NCBI GenBank assembly: GCA_040754625.1
Contig: JBFMCF010000083.1
Location: 5,604-69,603 of the forward strand
Source of the DNA: a bacterium
GTDB taxonomy: Bacteria; JACRDZ01; JAQUKH01
Direction: 5' to 3'
DNA: 64,000 nucleotides
The position numbers and the translations under genes are program-made. The number at the start of each line of letters is the position of its first letter. Within the stretch, counting starts at the first letter, position 1. The notes below the pieces were generated by a model, which searched no databases, was not told the DNA's origin, and worked only from the letters and a program-made list of their open reading frames with translations. Shown piece by piece: positions 16,172 to 28,100 of the stretch.

Positions 16172-19117
16172 ATGAGAGATAACAAAAAGTTGTTTATACC
16201 TATAATAATATTTTTGGCAGCAATCGGTATTTACAATTTCAGCTGTATAAAATATGTATTCGGATATGCGTATGACACAACTCAGAGTAAAAATTGCGCC
16301 GGCTGTCACAGCATAAGAAAATCAAAGGCAAAAACCGGCACATGGGCCATAAGAAGTGATGTAATCAGAATAGTGGACAGCACTGAAGATTTTAACTATG
16401 ACAGATGGTCATGTGATATCTGCCACAGGGACAAGAGAAGTAATTTTGGAGACCTTGAAACCGCGTCCGCGAAACTGCCTTCCGCGCATCCTGTCCCGGT
16501 CAAGGGAATGGAGAAAGACAAATTGTTGAATGACGGGAAAAAGGTTATGTATTGCACGAGTTGTCATGATCCGCTCCAGGTGGACAGGGGAGTCCATTCC
16601 ACTTATGTCAGTATTTTCAGGTTAAAATTCAGCGGTCTTGACAGCTCAGGAGTGCGCCATTATGACCCTGACCCCGTAGATGATACAGTTGCAGTCGGAG
16701 TTGATTCAACTTCATGGTTCTGGGAAAACCCGTTTGATACCTCTGATTCCACATTTAAAGGTTTCCTGAAATTCGGTAAAATCAATCATTATCAAACTGC
16801 AAGCGGCGGTGTTTTTGATCCAAAAAATGCAAGGGCCGGCAGGGAACTGGCTGATTTTTACCGGGCGACAGAAACTACAAATGACGACAAGTTATCGCAA
16901 ACGCAGACAATATATTTTTGTATAACCTGCCATGACAGCAACGGTTTCCCGCTCGATCCGATGAATACTACTCTTAGTGTTGACGACTCAACCGAGAACA
17001 GGGTAAGGCCCCCTGGATTTATTGGCGGGGGTGTCAGTTATAATAATTCAGACGGGAACAAGACTAAATGGACCGAGTCGGACGGCGGCCATGTAATCCA
17101 GGCTGAAAGTACTAAAACAGGCCTGAACGTGGGAGACAGGCTCCCGTGTATCGATTGCCATGACAGTCACTCTTCGTCATCAAACAGAAAACTGATCAAA
17201 GAAGGTTTAGCGATAGGAAAAGGTGAAGATTTTTTTGCGAGAGATTTATGTCTCGCCTGCCATAATACAGGTGTTTCCAACCGTTATTACCCGTCAGGCG
17301 CTTTTACTAAATATGGAGAGACTGTGGCAACGTCAATGCTGCCAAAAGAAGATACCGCCCGGGTGGCGGGTGATCCTGATTTACAAAATTACCATTCCCA
17401 GACTTACGCAAAGACATGTTATGGTTATGTTGATGAAAGTGATAAATATGGTGTTTATTCAGGATGCCACAGAGATCCCCACACGCCTACAATGTTTTGC
17501 GCCGGCTGCCATAAGGACCATTTTGAAGCATATGGAGCTATGACAAGAAAAAGCCATCCTGTCGGAATTGATATAGATTTGTTTACTAAGCCTGTCGGAG
17601 ATTCACTTAGCATTAATGAGTATTACCATTTATATGCCGATACTATGGAAGTCCCGTTGTTTAATAACAGGATTGAATGCCTGACCTGTCATAATGACCA
17701 CCCGAAGTCCGGAGATTCAGCTTTTGCCCCGCAGATGCAGGGCCTGCTCCGCGGGGACGCGGGTATAGACATTACAGCTAATCTTGATAGTGTAAAACTA
17801 GGGATAGGAAATAATTATAAAAATCATAATTCCAATCAGAATACGGTATTAAAAAACCTGGCGCTGAGTTCAGGACAGGGTATTACCGCGGGCCAGTTTG
17901 ACAGCCTCCGGTCCATGCCGGAACTTTGTATTAACTGCCATTATCGTATTATAGGAGTTGATAATGACCATGGCGGATTTGACGGCGGCGGTTTCGGGAT
18001 GTGTGATAAATGCCACAGCATGCACGGGCAGCATTCGGAACCCGACAGCGCGGACATCCCGATAGATTCCAGTAACGTAATAAGGCCCCTGCACTATGGA
18101 ATGTATATAGCTTATGATCAGTTACCGTCACCCAGTGAATTAGCGGCCGCTGTGAAATATCAAAAGGTTGTGGTTGAATGGGACACTTCCGGTTCGCACG
18201 CGATAGATACGATAGATGTCTACCAGGATGTCGGGACGGGAAAGAAATTTTCCAGCCAGCAAAATGAACATTTGCTTCATGAGAAGTTACAGGAAAAGCT
18301 GTGTGAAAGGTGCCATGGAAATTCCAATTGGCCGGCGCTCGTGGAAACTTCTGCTACCCAGCCGCCGCCGCCGCAGATTTTCTTTGACTCGGCCGGAAGC
18401 AGGGAAGACACCGCGGATGTTTATTTTACTACAACCCAGATTAATATTCTCTACAAAAACAAAAGTACTCATCCTGTAGATATTAAGGGCAGGGTTGTCC
18501 CGGGCAGCGGTTACAGTGTAGCCACCGATTTAAGATGCAGTTCAGGGACGAAATACTCAGGCTGTCATACCCCGCACGGGAATGATAACTACGCCCAGTT
18601 AAATGTGATGACTGCCATCGGGAACACGGATAACCAGAGCAAATCTATTTACGGGATTGCCGAAGTTTTATATACGTCAGCAGGAACTAAAGCAAAATAT
18701 GTAAGCGGCATGCATGAATTCTGCGGTTTATGCCATGACAGGTTTGCCGGTAATATAAAGGTTGATTCCGTATATACCCGGCACCCGGTGGGTCCCGGTG
18801 TAAGCTTATTAAATCTTTATCCTGCGGCGTCTGAAAGAGCGCAGCTTGGGCTTGATACCGCTTTTATAAGTTTTTTTGATAGTTTGATTCTGGATTATGA
18901 TACAAATGACTATCCCGGCGGCCGGCCTAATTTTGATTCTTTTCTTGCGGTTTCTGATACATCGAGGACTTTAATAGCGCAGAAAAATTTTATAATGAGC
19001 TGTATTACTTGTCACCGCCAGCACGGCTCGAATTATTTGCATTTGAGAAAATTTAACGACAGGGCTGTTTACGAATGTGTAAATTGCCATAGTAAATCTC
19101 CGGATATTTTAGAATAG
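16172..19117 (+). CDS. Large secreted multiheme c-type cytochrome (about 981 aa from ATG at 16172, about 14-16 heme motifs). The track start at 16157 is TTG; ATG at 16172 is preceded by a GAGGGG Shine-Dalgarno sequence.
   Basis: Motifs CAGCH x2, CDICH, CTSCH, CITCH x2, CIDCH, CLACH, CLTCH, CINCH, CDKCH, CERCH, CGLCH, CVNCH plus SGCH-type variants. N-terminal TM/signal LFIPIIIFLAAIGIYNF. Confidence 0.85.
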   Translation: MRDNKKLFIPIIIFLAAIGIYNFSCIKYVFGYAYDTTQSKNCAGCHSIRKSKAKTGTWAIRSDVIRIVDSTEDFNYDRWSCDICHRDKRSNFGDLETASAKLPSAHPVPVKGMEKDKLLNDGKKVMYCTSCHDPLQVDRGVHSTYVSIFRLKFSGLDSSGVRHYDPDPVDDTVAVGVDSTSWFWENPFDTSDSTFKGFLKFGKINHYQTASGGVFDPKNARAGRELADFYRATETTNDDKLSQTQTIYFCITCHDSNGFPLDPMNTTLSVDDSTENRVRPPGFIGGGVSYNNSDGNKTKWTESDGGHVIQAESTKTGLNVGDRLPCIDCHDSHSSSSNRKLIKEGLAIGKGEDFFARDLCLACHNTGVSNRYYPSGAFTKYGETVATSMLPKEDTARVAGDPDLQNYHSQTYAKTCYGYVDESDKYGVYSGCHRDPHTPTMFCAGCHKDHFEAYGAMTRKSHPVGIDIDLFTKPVGDSLSINEYYHLYADTMEVPLFNNRIECLTCHNDHPKSGDSAFAPQMQGLLRGDAGIDITANLDSVKLGIGNNYKNHNSNQNTVLKNLALSSGQGITAGQFDSLRSMPELCINCHYRIIGVDNDHGGFDGGGFGMCDKCHSMHGQHSEPDSADIPIDSSNVIRPLHYGMYIAYDQLPSPSELAAAVKYQKVVVEWDTSGSHAIDTIDVYQDVGTGKKFSSQQNEHLLHEKLQEKLCERCHGNSNWPALVETSATQPPPPQIFFDSAGSREDTADVYFTTTQINILYKNKSTHPVDIKGRVVPGSGYSVATDLRCSSGTKYSGCHTPHGNDNYAQLNVMTAIGNTDNQSKSIYGIAEVLYTSAGTKAKYVSGMHEFCGLCHDRFAGNIKVDSVYTRHPVGPGVSLLNLYPAASERAQLGLDTAFISFFDSLILDYDTNDYPGGRPNFDSFLAVSDTSRTLIAQKNFIMSCITCHRQHGSNYLHLRKFNDRAVYECVNCHSKSPDILE

Positions 19118-19140
19118 CTTTTTTTTAGGGGGAATTAAAA

Positions 19141-22100
19141 ATGAGACCTAAAATCTTAAATGATAAAACAGATTTGATATCTTTAATATTTTTATTAATA
19201 TTATCTTTAATCCCCTTTATTTTTATAAAGGCAATAGAAACAACCGATTACCGGCGGACGATGCTTGGCAGTGCCCACGACTTAAACAATCCTGACTCAA
19301 CAGCATCCTGTCTTAATTGTCACTGGATGCATCAAAGAGGCGAGAGGGTGGAAGGTTATTCCCACTCCTTAATAAGCCAATACACGAGAGATGTATGTTT
19401 TGTATGCCACAGCGGTTTAAATCCCAATCTGGAAACGGCCGCTTTAAAGGATTTTGGTTACATTAAACAGGATTTTCTGGATTACAAACCTAAACAATTC
19501 CAGGGAGTGGATACTGTCCATTTTTCCGGCCAGATAGGTAAAAATCCTTATGACATTAAAGCGGAATACGGGGTGGCTACAGCGTCAGCAGCCGGGTCAT
19601 TCCATATGTTTTACAGCACGACCGGTGAATTTAGCGGTATTGACATAAACACATTCAGCTGTTTTGATTGTCATAACCACGGAATTTACGAAAGCACCCT
19701 GGATACCATGGGCGGCAGGCTTCCGAGGCTTATATGGTCAAAAGGGTCTTATGCCAACTTTGGCACTACAATAACCAAAGCAGATAGAAAGGATATTAAT
19801 AAATTTTATGCGACCGAATATTATTGCTTAAGCTGTCATTCCAAGTATGGTTATCCGGATAAATGGAAAACACTGACATGGGATTCCGCGAGGAGACAGC
19901 TCAATGATACATTTTTCCTTGAAACCAGGCATAGCCTTCTCGAACGGTATGGAATACGGTCAGACCTGCCCGCTGGCAGTGTCCCTGAGCCGAGGAACCC
20001 CTACGGATTCGGCAATGATATTTCATGTTTTGTATGCCATTCAAGACACGCCTCAGCGTATCCTTCTCTGATGCGGGGAGATTTTTCAGAAGTTGACATG
20101 TGTATGAATTGTCATTATGGCGCTGCCAGGGACAGTACATATGCTTTTACTTACATACACGAAACAAGCCTGGCAATCAATTACATAACCGCGGGCCATT
20201 ACGCGGATAAAGGGTATTCTTCAATAGGCCATGTTAAGGATATTGCCCTTGGAGGCCCCGGTGTAGTATGTACGGACTGCCATAACCCGCATGGGACCGG
20301 ACATTACAAAATGGTCAAGGGTGTAGTAAAAGATCCCAGGTTTAAAAGAGGCGATACCACTTATGATTCTTCGTATAATCTGGAAACCACTTATTCATAT
20401 ATATATGACCTTGATTCTTTAAAGGCGGTCAGCGGGTTTTGCGGGGGAGCATGCCATAATAAAAATTCTCCTGCAAACTATGAGAGATGGTACGCGCTGG
20501 GTATGGCAAGTTATACCGATTCAGCAACAATGCCAAGCTATTACCGCGGCCTGCCTTTATATGATTCATCTAAACATAAAGGTGTATATAATTCAGTCCA
20601 GACAGCCCCGTTTATTTTGTCAAATTGTTCAGCCTGTCATGACGCGCACGGGACGGTTAATAAGGCCCTTTTATGGCAATCCGAAGAGGAGCTTTGTTTT
20701 CAGTGCCATTTTGAGTCAACAATAGGAGGCGCTCCTGATATTAAAAAGTATTTTGATACGGCTGTTTCCGGCAACCACGCGAGGTCCCATCATCCTATTT
20801 TTGATACGGGAAAAGTAAATGCGGACCAGAGTTCTGTAAGAGCGGTTGAGTGTATTAACTGTCACAACCCCCATCTTGCGACTAAACAATATCCAACAAT
20901 ATATCCTTATAACTGGTCATTGATAAGCGATTATTCCAGTGTTCTGAATACAAATAACAGTACAGACCATGAAAACAGGGCTAAGTTCTGTTCAGCCTGT
21001 CATTCAGAAACATTCCCAAAACTTGATCCAAGAATATATCCATATGGCACAACCTATTCCACTACAATAGCATATCCACCGGGGGTCAGGATTAACGCCA
21101 AACAAATTGGGAATGAATGGTTTGGGGTGCAGGGGAGTGCTATACCTGCTACATTAACATATGTTACTAACGGCCATTTTAAATTTCCGGGCCTTATTGA
21201 CTGTATTAACTGCCACAGCCCGCATGGCTCATCCAATCCGTCGAATATCAGGGATGAAGCATATCTTGACCCAATAGACAGCGCTGTGGACAATTTTATA
21301 AGCAGTGTATATGTTAATTTTGGAAATTACCAGGCTTTTTATAATGAAAATACAAAAATCAGCAGAAAATTCTGCTATACTGCGGATACCGCTGTAACTT
21401 ATGGGTGCCATACACCGCAGTATTTAACCACACAGGTCACTTTCCCGGATAATTTACAACAGGATAGTACCCGGCACAGGACCCGCAGGGTGCCTTTTGG
21501 CCCGATAGATTCTTCGTATTATATTGATGAGCATGATCCATATTGGGATACAAATACAATTAGTGCGGTTCCGCCAAGCGGTATTTTGGGATGTTCTGTC
21601 TGCCATTATCTGGCACATAACCCTACTCCGGATTATTGGTATGTAAATTCCGCGAAAGGTGTTGCGCAGAATTGTTTAGACTGCCATCATCCGGCAGAAA
21701 ACACATATAGTTCCACGACCGCCAAATTTTATGGAGGCGCGCCTACACAATACGAAAGCCCGTATGTGGAGTTTGTTACCTCAGGCGTTTATCCGGTATC
21801 AACTACTTATGTATCCAAACATCTGGCCTCTGCCGGCATTAATGACACAACGAGCAATTATTGTAAACAGTGTCATGGTGAACATGTCCGGCCCACAAGA
21901 ACTAATCCTCCTGTTCGGACAGATGAATATCATGATGTGCCCGGGGGGGGTTTTATCGCAAGCCCGGACACCTCGTTTGGCTATGCAACCACATATCTTG
22001 ACGGCCAGACATTCTGCCTGGCATGCCACAGGGGGGCTTCAAGGTTTGGCGGAAAGATCGCGCCGAATGTTAATGTAACTTATGAAAGCGCCGGGCACGG

Positions 22101-25100
22101 GAGATTAGGAAGGGGCGATACGAGTTCTTCCGATACCACATACGGAATAAAAGTTTATTGTTTTGATTGTCATACAAAACATTCATCTCAAAACCCGAAA
22201 CTTTTGAGGACAAAGATTAGAGATTTAATTACTTACAGCACAAGCGATATATGGACCACTATTGTAAGCAACAGGCAAATCCGGGCGGAAGATCTGGACA
22301 CGGGCTTTAATTATGTATCGGTCAGGACAGTAGGGTACCAGGCTGTATGTTTTGCATGCCATTCGCTCCCCGGTTCAGTTTATGACAGCAGTATATATTA
22401 CCAGAACAATGCCTGGAATTCAAACCCGGGGACTAAGCTCTGGTTAGGAAAGACGGTCTATGAGAGCGCGGGCCACGGAAATACATTTATTACTCCTTAT
22501 GCGTATGTGGATACTGCAGAATACGGAACTACAAAACCTGTAAACGGCGGTATGAAATGTTCGTGGTGTCATGAACCTCACGGCCGCGGGACAGACAGCA
22601 CAGGCGCATTTAACAGTACCTTTAACGACGATATGCTCGAAATCGGGAGCACCACGGAAACAGGAGGAAATATAACTTTATGTTATAAATGCCATAACAA
22701 AGTATTAACTGCCCCCGATAGTTCTTACAGCATTGCAAATATTAAAGCGCTTTTTGATTCAAGTTATTCAATGCATGATATTTATTCGACTGCCACAGAT
22801 ACCAAAGTCACATGTCTTAACTGTCATAACCCGCATACAGGGAATAAAGCATATCCGGTTGTTGTTGCCAATTATAGAACTGATGTAAATGCGGGCGATG
22901 ACGCTTTTTGTATTTCGTGCCATCTTGCGGAGGGGTTAGTGCCGAAATTCAGCAGGGGAAACCCTCCTCCGGATGTTGAGTTCCCTAAAAAGGACGCGCA
23001 GGGAGAAGCCCTTACTGGTTTTGATAAATCCGGTTATACCGCGTCGGCGCACGGCCTTGGCGGTGCCTGGTGCCGGACCTGCCATAAACCTCACGGGACA
23101 ATGAAATTAAAATTGTTAAGAGAAGTTTACGATTTCAACCAGGATGGTCTCCTTGGCGGGCATAGTTATGACACGATTTATACTACAACAAGATATGGAA
23201 CCACAGATTACAGGGAAGAGGATGTATGTTTTGGCTGTCATCGTAACCACGATAATGATGGTGGTGACTGGAACACCGCATGGGCAGGTATCCCGGATGT
23301 CCTCCAGTTTTATCAAATATTTGATACTGTAACAAAGACTTATGGCGAAAGGACCCGTTCTCACCACAATGTTTATCTCGATGAACAGCGCGGGCTGGAC
23401 TCCACATGGGGAACGACGAACGGGGTTATTGACGATACAAGGGTCGAGTGTGAAAGTTGTCATAACCAGCATAAAGCTACAAAATCCCAGCCGCTTACAG
23501 ACCCGGACAGCCCGGATATAATAATGAGCGCATGGGGGGACAGCGGTATATCATTCTGTTTAAGATGCCATGACAATGAGCCTCCCCCGGGGATTACAGG
23601 CCTTACGGATGAAAAATATAAAAATATTCTGAAAGAATATGGAAAACCGGATATAAACGGAATATATCCGAATTTTACAGGCCATTACCGCCAGATAGAC
23701 GGGAAACCTTTAGAGTGCCGTTTATGCCATAGTATGCATGGGTCAAATTATTCTAAACAAATCCAGGATGCCATGGGTTCCGAGCTTGATACTTTCAAGA
23801 TGATGCGTAATATGAGAAGTGTGGCATTAACAGATACATCGCTCGGCGGCAATGACACGCTGGCTTTAAGCACCGTTACCGAGATTTGTTTAAGCTGTCA
23901 CAGCGGAAAATCACAATTCTATGACAGAAACATGCTTGTATGGAGAGATATACCGATAGCTCCTCCGCCGCAGCGGGTGGATTTGTATGTGAATACCGCT
24001 GTATATCACCCGAGATTACTGGATACTTCACTTGACAGTGCTATTTATATTGCTTACGCGGACACGGGGCTTGTCCGGAAAAAGGTAAAATCTGTTTATT
24101 CAACTGTATTTAACATTGATGATACTACCGTGGATGCCGCCGGATGCAACTGCCACGGCGCGCATAATCCTTACAAGGCGGCTTCAAACGAATTTTCTAA
24201 CTGTTTTAACTGCCACAATGGATACGCGGGTATCCCGGACCAGCAAACGCCTTTTGATACAGGTAAATTCAGGGATGGCCCTGCGCCGTTAATAAAAGAC
24301 GATAATACGCTTTTACTGCTCCATTTAAACGGGAGTTATGACGGAGAAAGCAAAGAAGGATCAATTGAAAATACCGGTTTGGCATATGTCGCGGGAAAAT
24401 ATGATCTCGGGCTTTCTTTTCAAACAACATACAGCACTACGAAATTAGCTTATCCGTTGTGGACCACTAAATCCACAGGCGCGCCCGGCCAGATTGGCAG
24501 GGTCCAGCATGTGCAGAGTAACGATTTAACCCTCCGGTTCAACAATACATGCAATGATGAAGATGCGGGAGGCCAAAGATATATTAACAGCCTTTCAACG
24601 GCAACAGGGGTGAGTTATGTAGAAGGTTATATCCCGGGCATTACAGGGGCCGTATATCTTGGAACAGGCAATAACCTGACCTGCAGCACGACCGCGGCCG
24701 GTGTTACGCCGTTGTCCAGCAAGAAAAATATTGATATATCGGATTCCACCAATAACGGGTCGGTCCAGGCATGGGTAAGAATCGACGATCCCGGGACAGG
24801 AATACAGGATACGACAACGGATAGATATATATTCATTCACGCGACTACAAGCGCAGAACCTTTTAAAAACGCAATTTTCCTCCGGCATTCCAATTTTAAT
24901 ACATGGGACATAGGCGTAAGCGATGAAACAGGAGTCCAATATAATATAGTGTCCGCAAAGGATGAATTAACAGCAGGCTGGCACCATATAGCAGGAACAT
25001 GGTCGAAGGCCGATAAACAATTAAAAATATATATTGACGGGGTATTGGTCGCGTCTGAAGGGGCGTTGTTTTTCCCTAAATATACAAGCACGACATTCCG

Positions 25101-28100
25101 TATAGGTTCTTCGAGTGCTGCCGCAGGCGCGATAAATACCGCCCTTGATGAATTCCAGATTTCAAATAACACAAAACCCGGTGCTGAAATTTTAGCTGAT
25201 TACAATGGGGAAAATGAAATGAATTTCAGCGCAAGAAGAGGGACCCTGGCGTTCTGGGTAAAACCGTATTGGAATGGAAATGATAGTGAAGATCATACCT
25301 TTTTTGAAAGCAATTATGATACCAATAACTATTTCAGGCTCCAGAAAACAAGCGCCAATAATTTAACGTTTACAATAAGAGGCAGGGCCGCGTCACCGGT
25401 TGCTGTCTCTTACTCAGTTAATGATACCGCCACCCTGCCGGCAGGCATCTGGTCGCATATCGCGGCTTCATGGGAAGATTTTGATTCAAGCCGCTCGAAA
25501 ATGAAGCTGTATTTAAATGGCATACAGGTGAATAGCATAGATACCGCCACAATGATGGTATATACAGATACCGCTTTTTATATCGGGTCTCTCGAGAACG
25601 GCACGCAGTCGGTAAAAGCGGCCATGGATGAGGTTTGGATAACAGATATTATGCAGGATACTTCTATTATTTCATCCATATATGCTACTTTAAGCAATAC
25701 AGGCACAGGTTCAACCACAAGCCCGACAGAAAGTTACCTGCCGAACCCTACAAGTTTAACTTTGTTATTGTCTTATGATACTACATACAATGGGGCGAGT
25801 GGGGAACAGGCTTTGAATACGAGTAATATTTCGCGTGTAAGCGGAAAATTTGACAGCGGCTTGTCAATCAGCGGGAACGGCACCATAAGTTATTTGTCAG
25901 GAAATGGTTATTCGTCATTGGCCCTGGCCAATGGTTTTAATAACAGCCTTGGGATAGGTGTCCTTGATTCAACCGGGCCTATTACATGGACACAGGGATT
26001 CTTAGGCGGCACGGCCGGCGGCGTTTTAATTGATTCATCAGATGTATTAAGCTACAACAATAATACATTTTTAATTTATTATTATTATAATGACGGGACC
26101 GGTATTATGAAATTGGCCTGCAAGGAAACGATTAATTCCACCCCGCCGGATTCAACTAATCTTGGTTCTCAATTCTTATTGGGAATCGGTTCCGGCAGTT
26201 CGGACCAGGCCCAGGCCCCTGATATAATAAAACTTAGTGACGAGAGATACAGGATTTACTATGGATATTCTTTTAGTTATTACCAATTAGCATATAAGGA
26301 GACTATTAATACAAACCTGCCTGATTCAACCAGCCTTGGGTCGCGCCAGTTGTTAGGGATAGGGTCGTCTTTATCAGACCGGGCGAACGGCCCTAATATT
26401 ATAAAGCTTGATAACGGGAAATACAGGATTTATTATTTTTACAATGATGGGACATATACGCAGTTAGCTTACAAGGAAACCAGTGATACAAACCCGCCGG
26501 TAATAACTAATATTGGTTACCGACAGTTATTAGGTGTCGGTGATTCTATTACAAATCAGGCACAGAGTCCGAGTATTATAAGACTCCCCGATAATAAATA
26601 TAGAATATATTACGCTTATAACAACAATACCTTTGCACAACTGGCTTATAGGGAAACGAATGATACAAATGCGCCGGATTCCACTAACATTGGTTCCCAG
26701 CAGTTATTAGGTACAGGAACGTCTGCCAATGACCGTGCGAATGCCCCATATATAATACAACTTTCAAATGGATACTACAGGATTTATTACCAATATTATA
26801 ATGGGAGTTATTGGCAGTTGGCTTATAAACAAACAAGTAATGCCAATGCACCGGATTCATCAAATACTTATAGCCAGCCGCGGATTACGATAGCGACAGG
26901 GGGTTATAGCACTGCCCAGGCATACGAACCAAGTGTTGTCCCGAAGAATAAAATAAATGCGAAAAACGGGACTATCCAGGTCTGGGTCAATATTAATTCA
27001 GGTATTAAAGATACGGGGAGCAGAAGATATATTGTCCGGTCAACGTTTGATACATCTGCCGCTGACCCAAATAATAGTCTGGCGCTCTTTCACGATACTG
27101 ATGCAGCATGGAAATTTACTTCAAGAAATTCAACAACGACAAGCACTGTTTCTATAGCGGATAATCTTTCTTATGGCTGGCACAATTTTGCGGCAACATG
27201 GGACACCTCCGCCCTGAAATTATATATTGACGGTGAACTGCAGAATTCAGTATCAAGTCCAAACCTGCCGGACAGCACGGCAAGCCGTTATTATGTCGGG
27301 TGCGGCGGGGGAAGCGGCCAGATTAATACCGCGCTTGATGAATTGCTGATCGATGGAGCGGCAAAAACCCAGAGCGAGATTCGGACAAACATTCAGGCTT
27401 CAAGCTATAATTTCAACCCTGTTTCCGGGACCGTTGAGATGTGGATGAAGCCGATAAACTGGACAGGGACAGATACGACAAAACAACACTATTTATTTGA
27501 CGCCCATAATAACAGCCTCACAAAGGACCGTGTTTCATTATATTATGACACAACGAAAGAGATTAAGTTCGATGTTTACTCGTCAACAGGGGTTTTAAGA
27601 AGCGCTAAAATAGATGTAAGCACATTTTTGGATTCAACGACATTCCGTCATTACGCGGGCACGTGGGACCAGTATAGTGTGAATTTATATATAAACGGTA
27701 TACTGGCGGGCGATACCGCTTACACGGCAGTGTCCGACCAGAGGGCGGTCAATTTATCAATCGGAAGCAGCGCAAGAATAACAGGCCAGGCAGACGCCAT
27801 AATCGATGAGGTCAGGATATTTGATGTCCTGCGCGACGATGCCGCGATTAAGGCGGACGCGGGCGGAGTATATGATTATAAAATGTATTTCGCGAATAGT
27901 TTTGATCCTTATGACGGCGGGAGCCGCCACCCGATAAATATGGAGAGCGATGCCTTTGATTCGAGTTTTGGGACGGATGTATCAAAAATGGAATGTTTGA
28001 AATGCCATCTCCAGCTTGAAAATGACACAACTTTATATCACAGGAGAACAGGCGGGCTTATAAAATTTGTTAACGTGGACAGCAGTATGGTCTGGAACCA

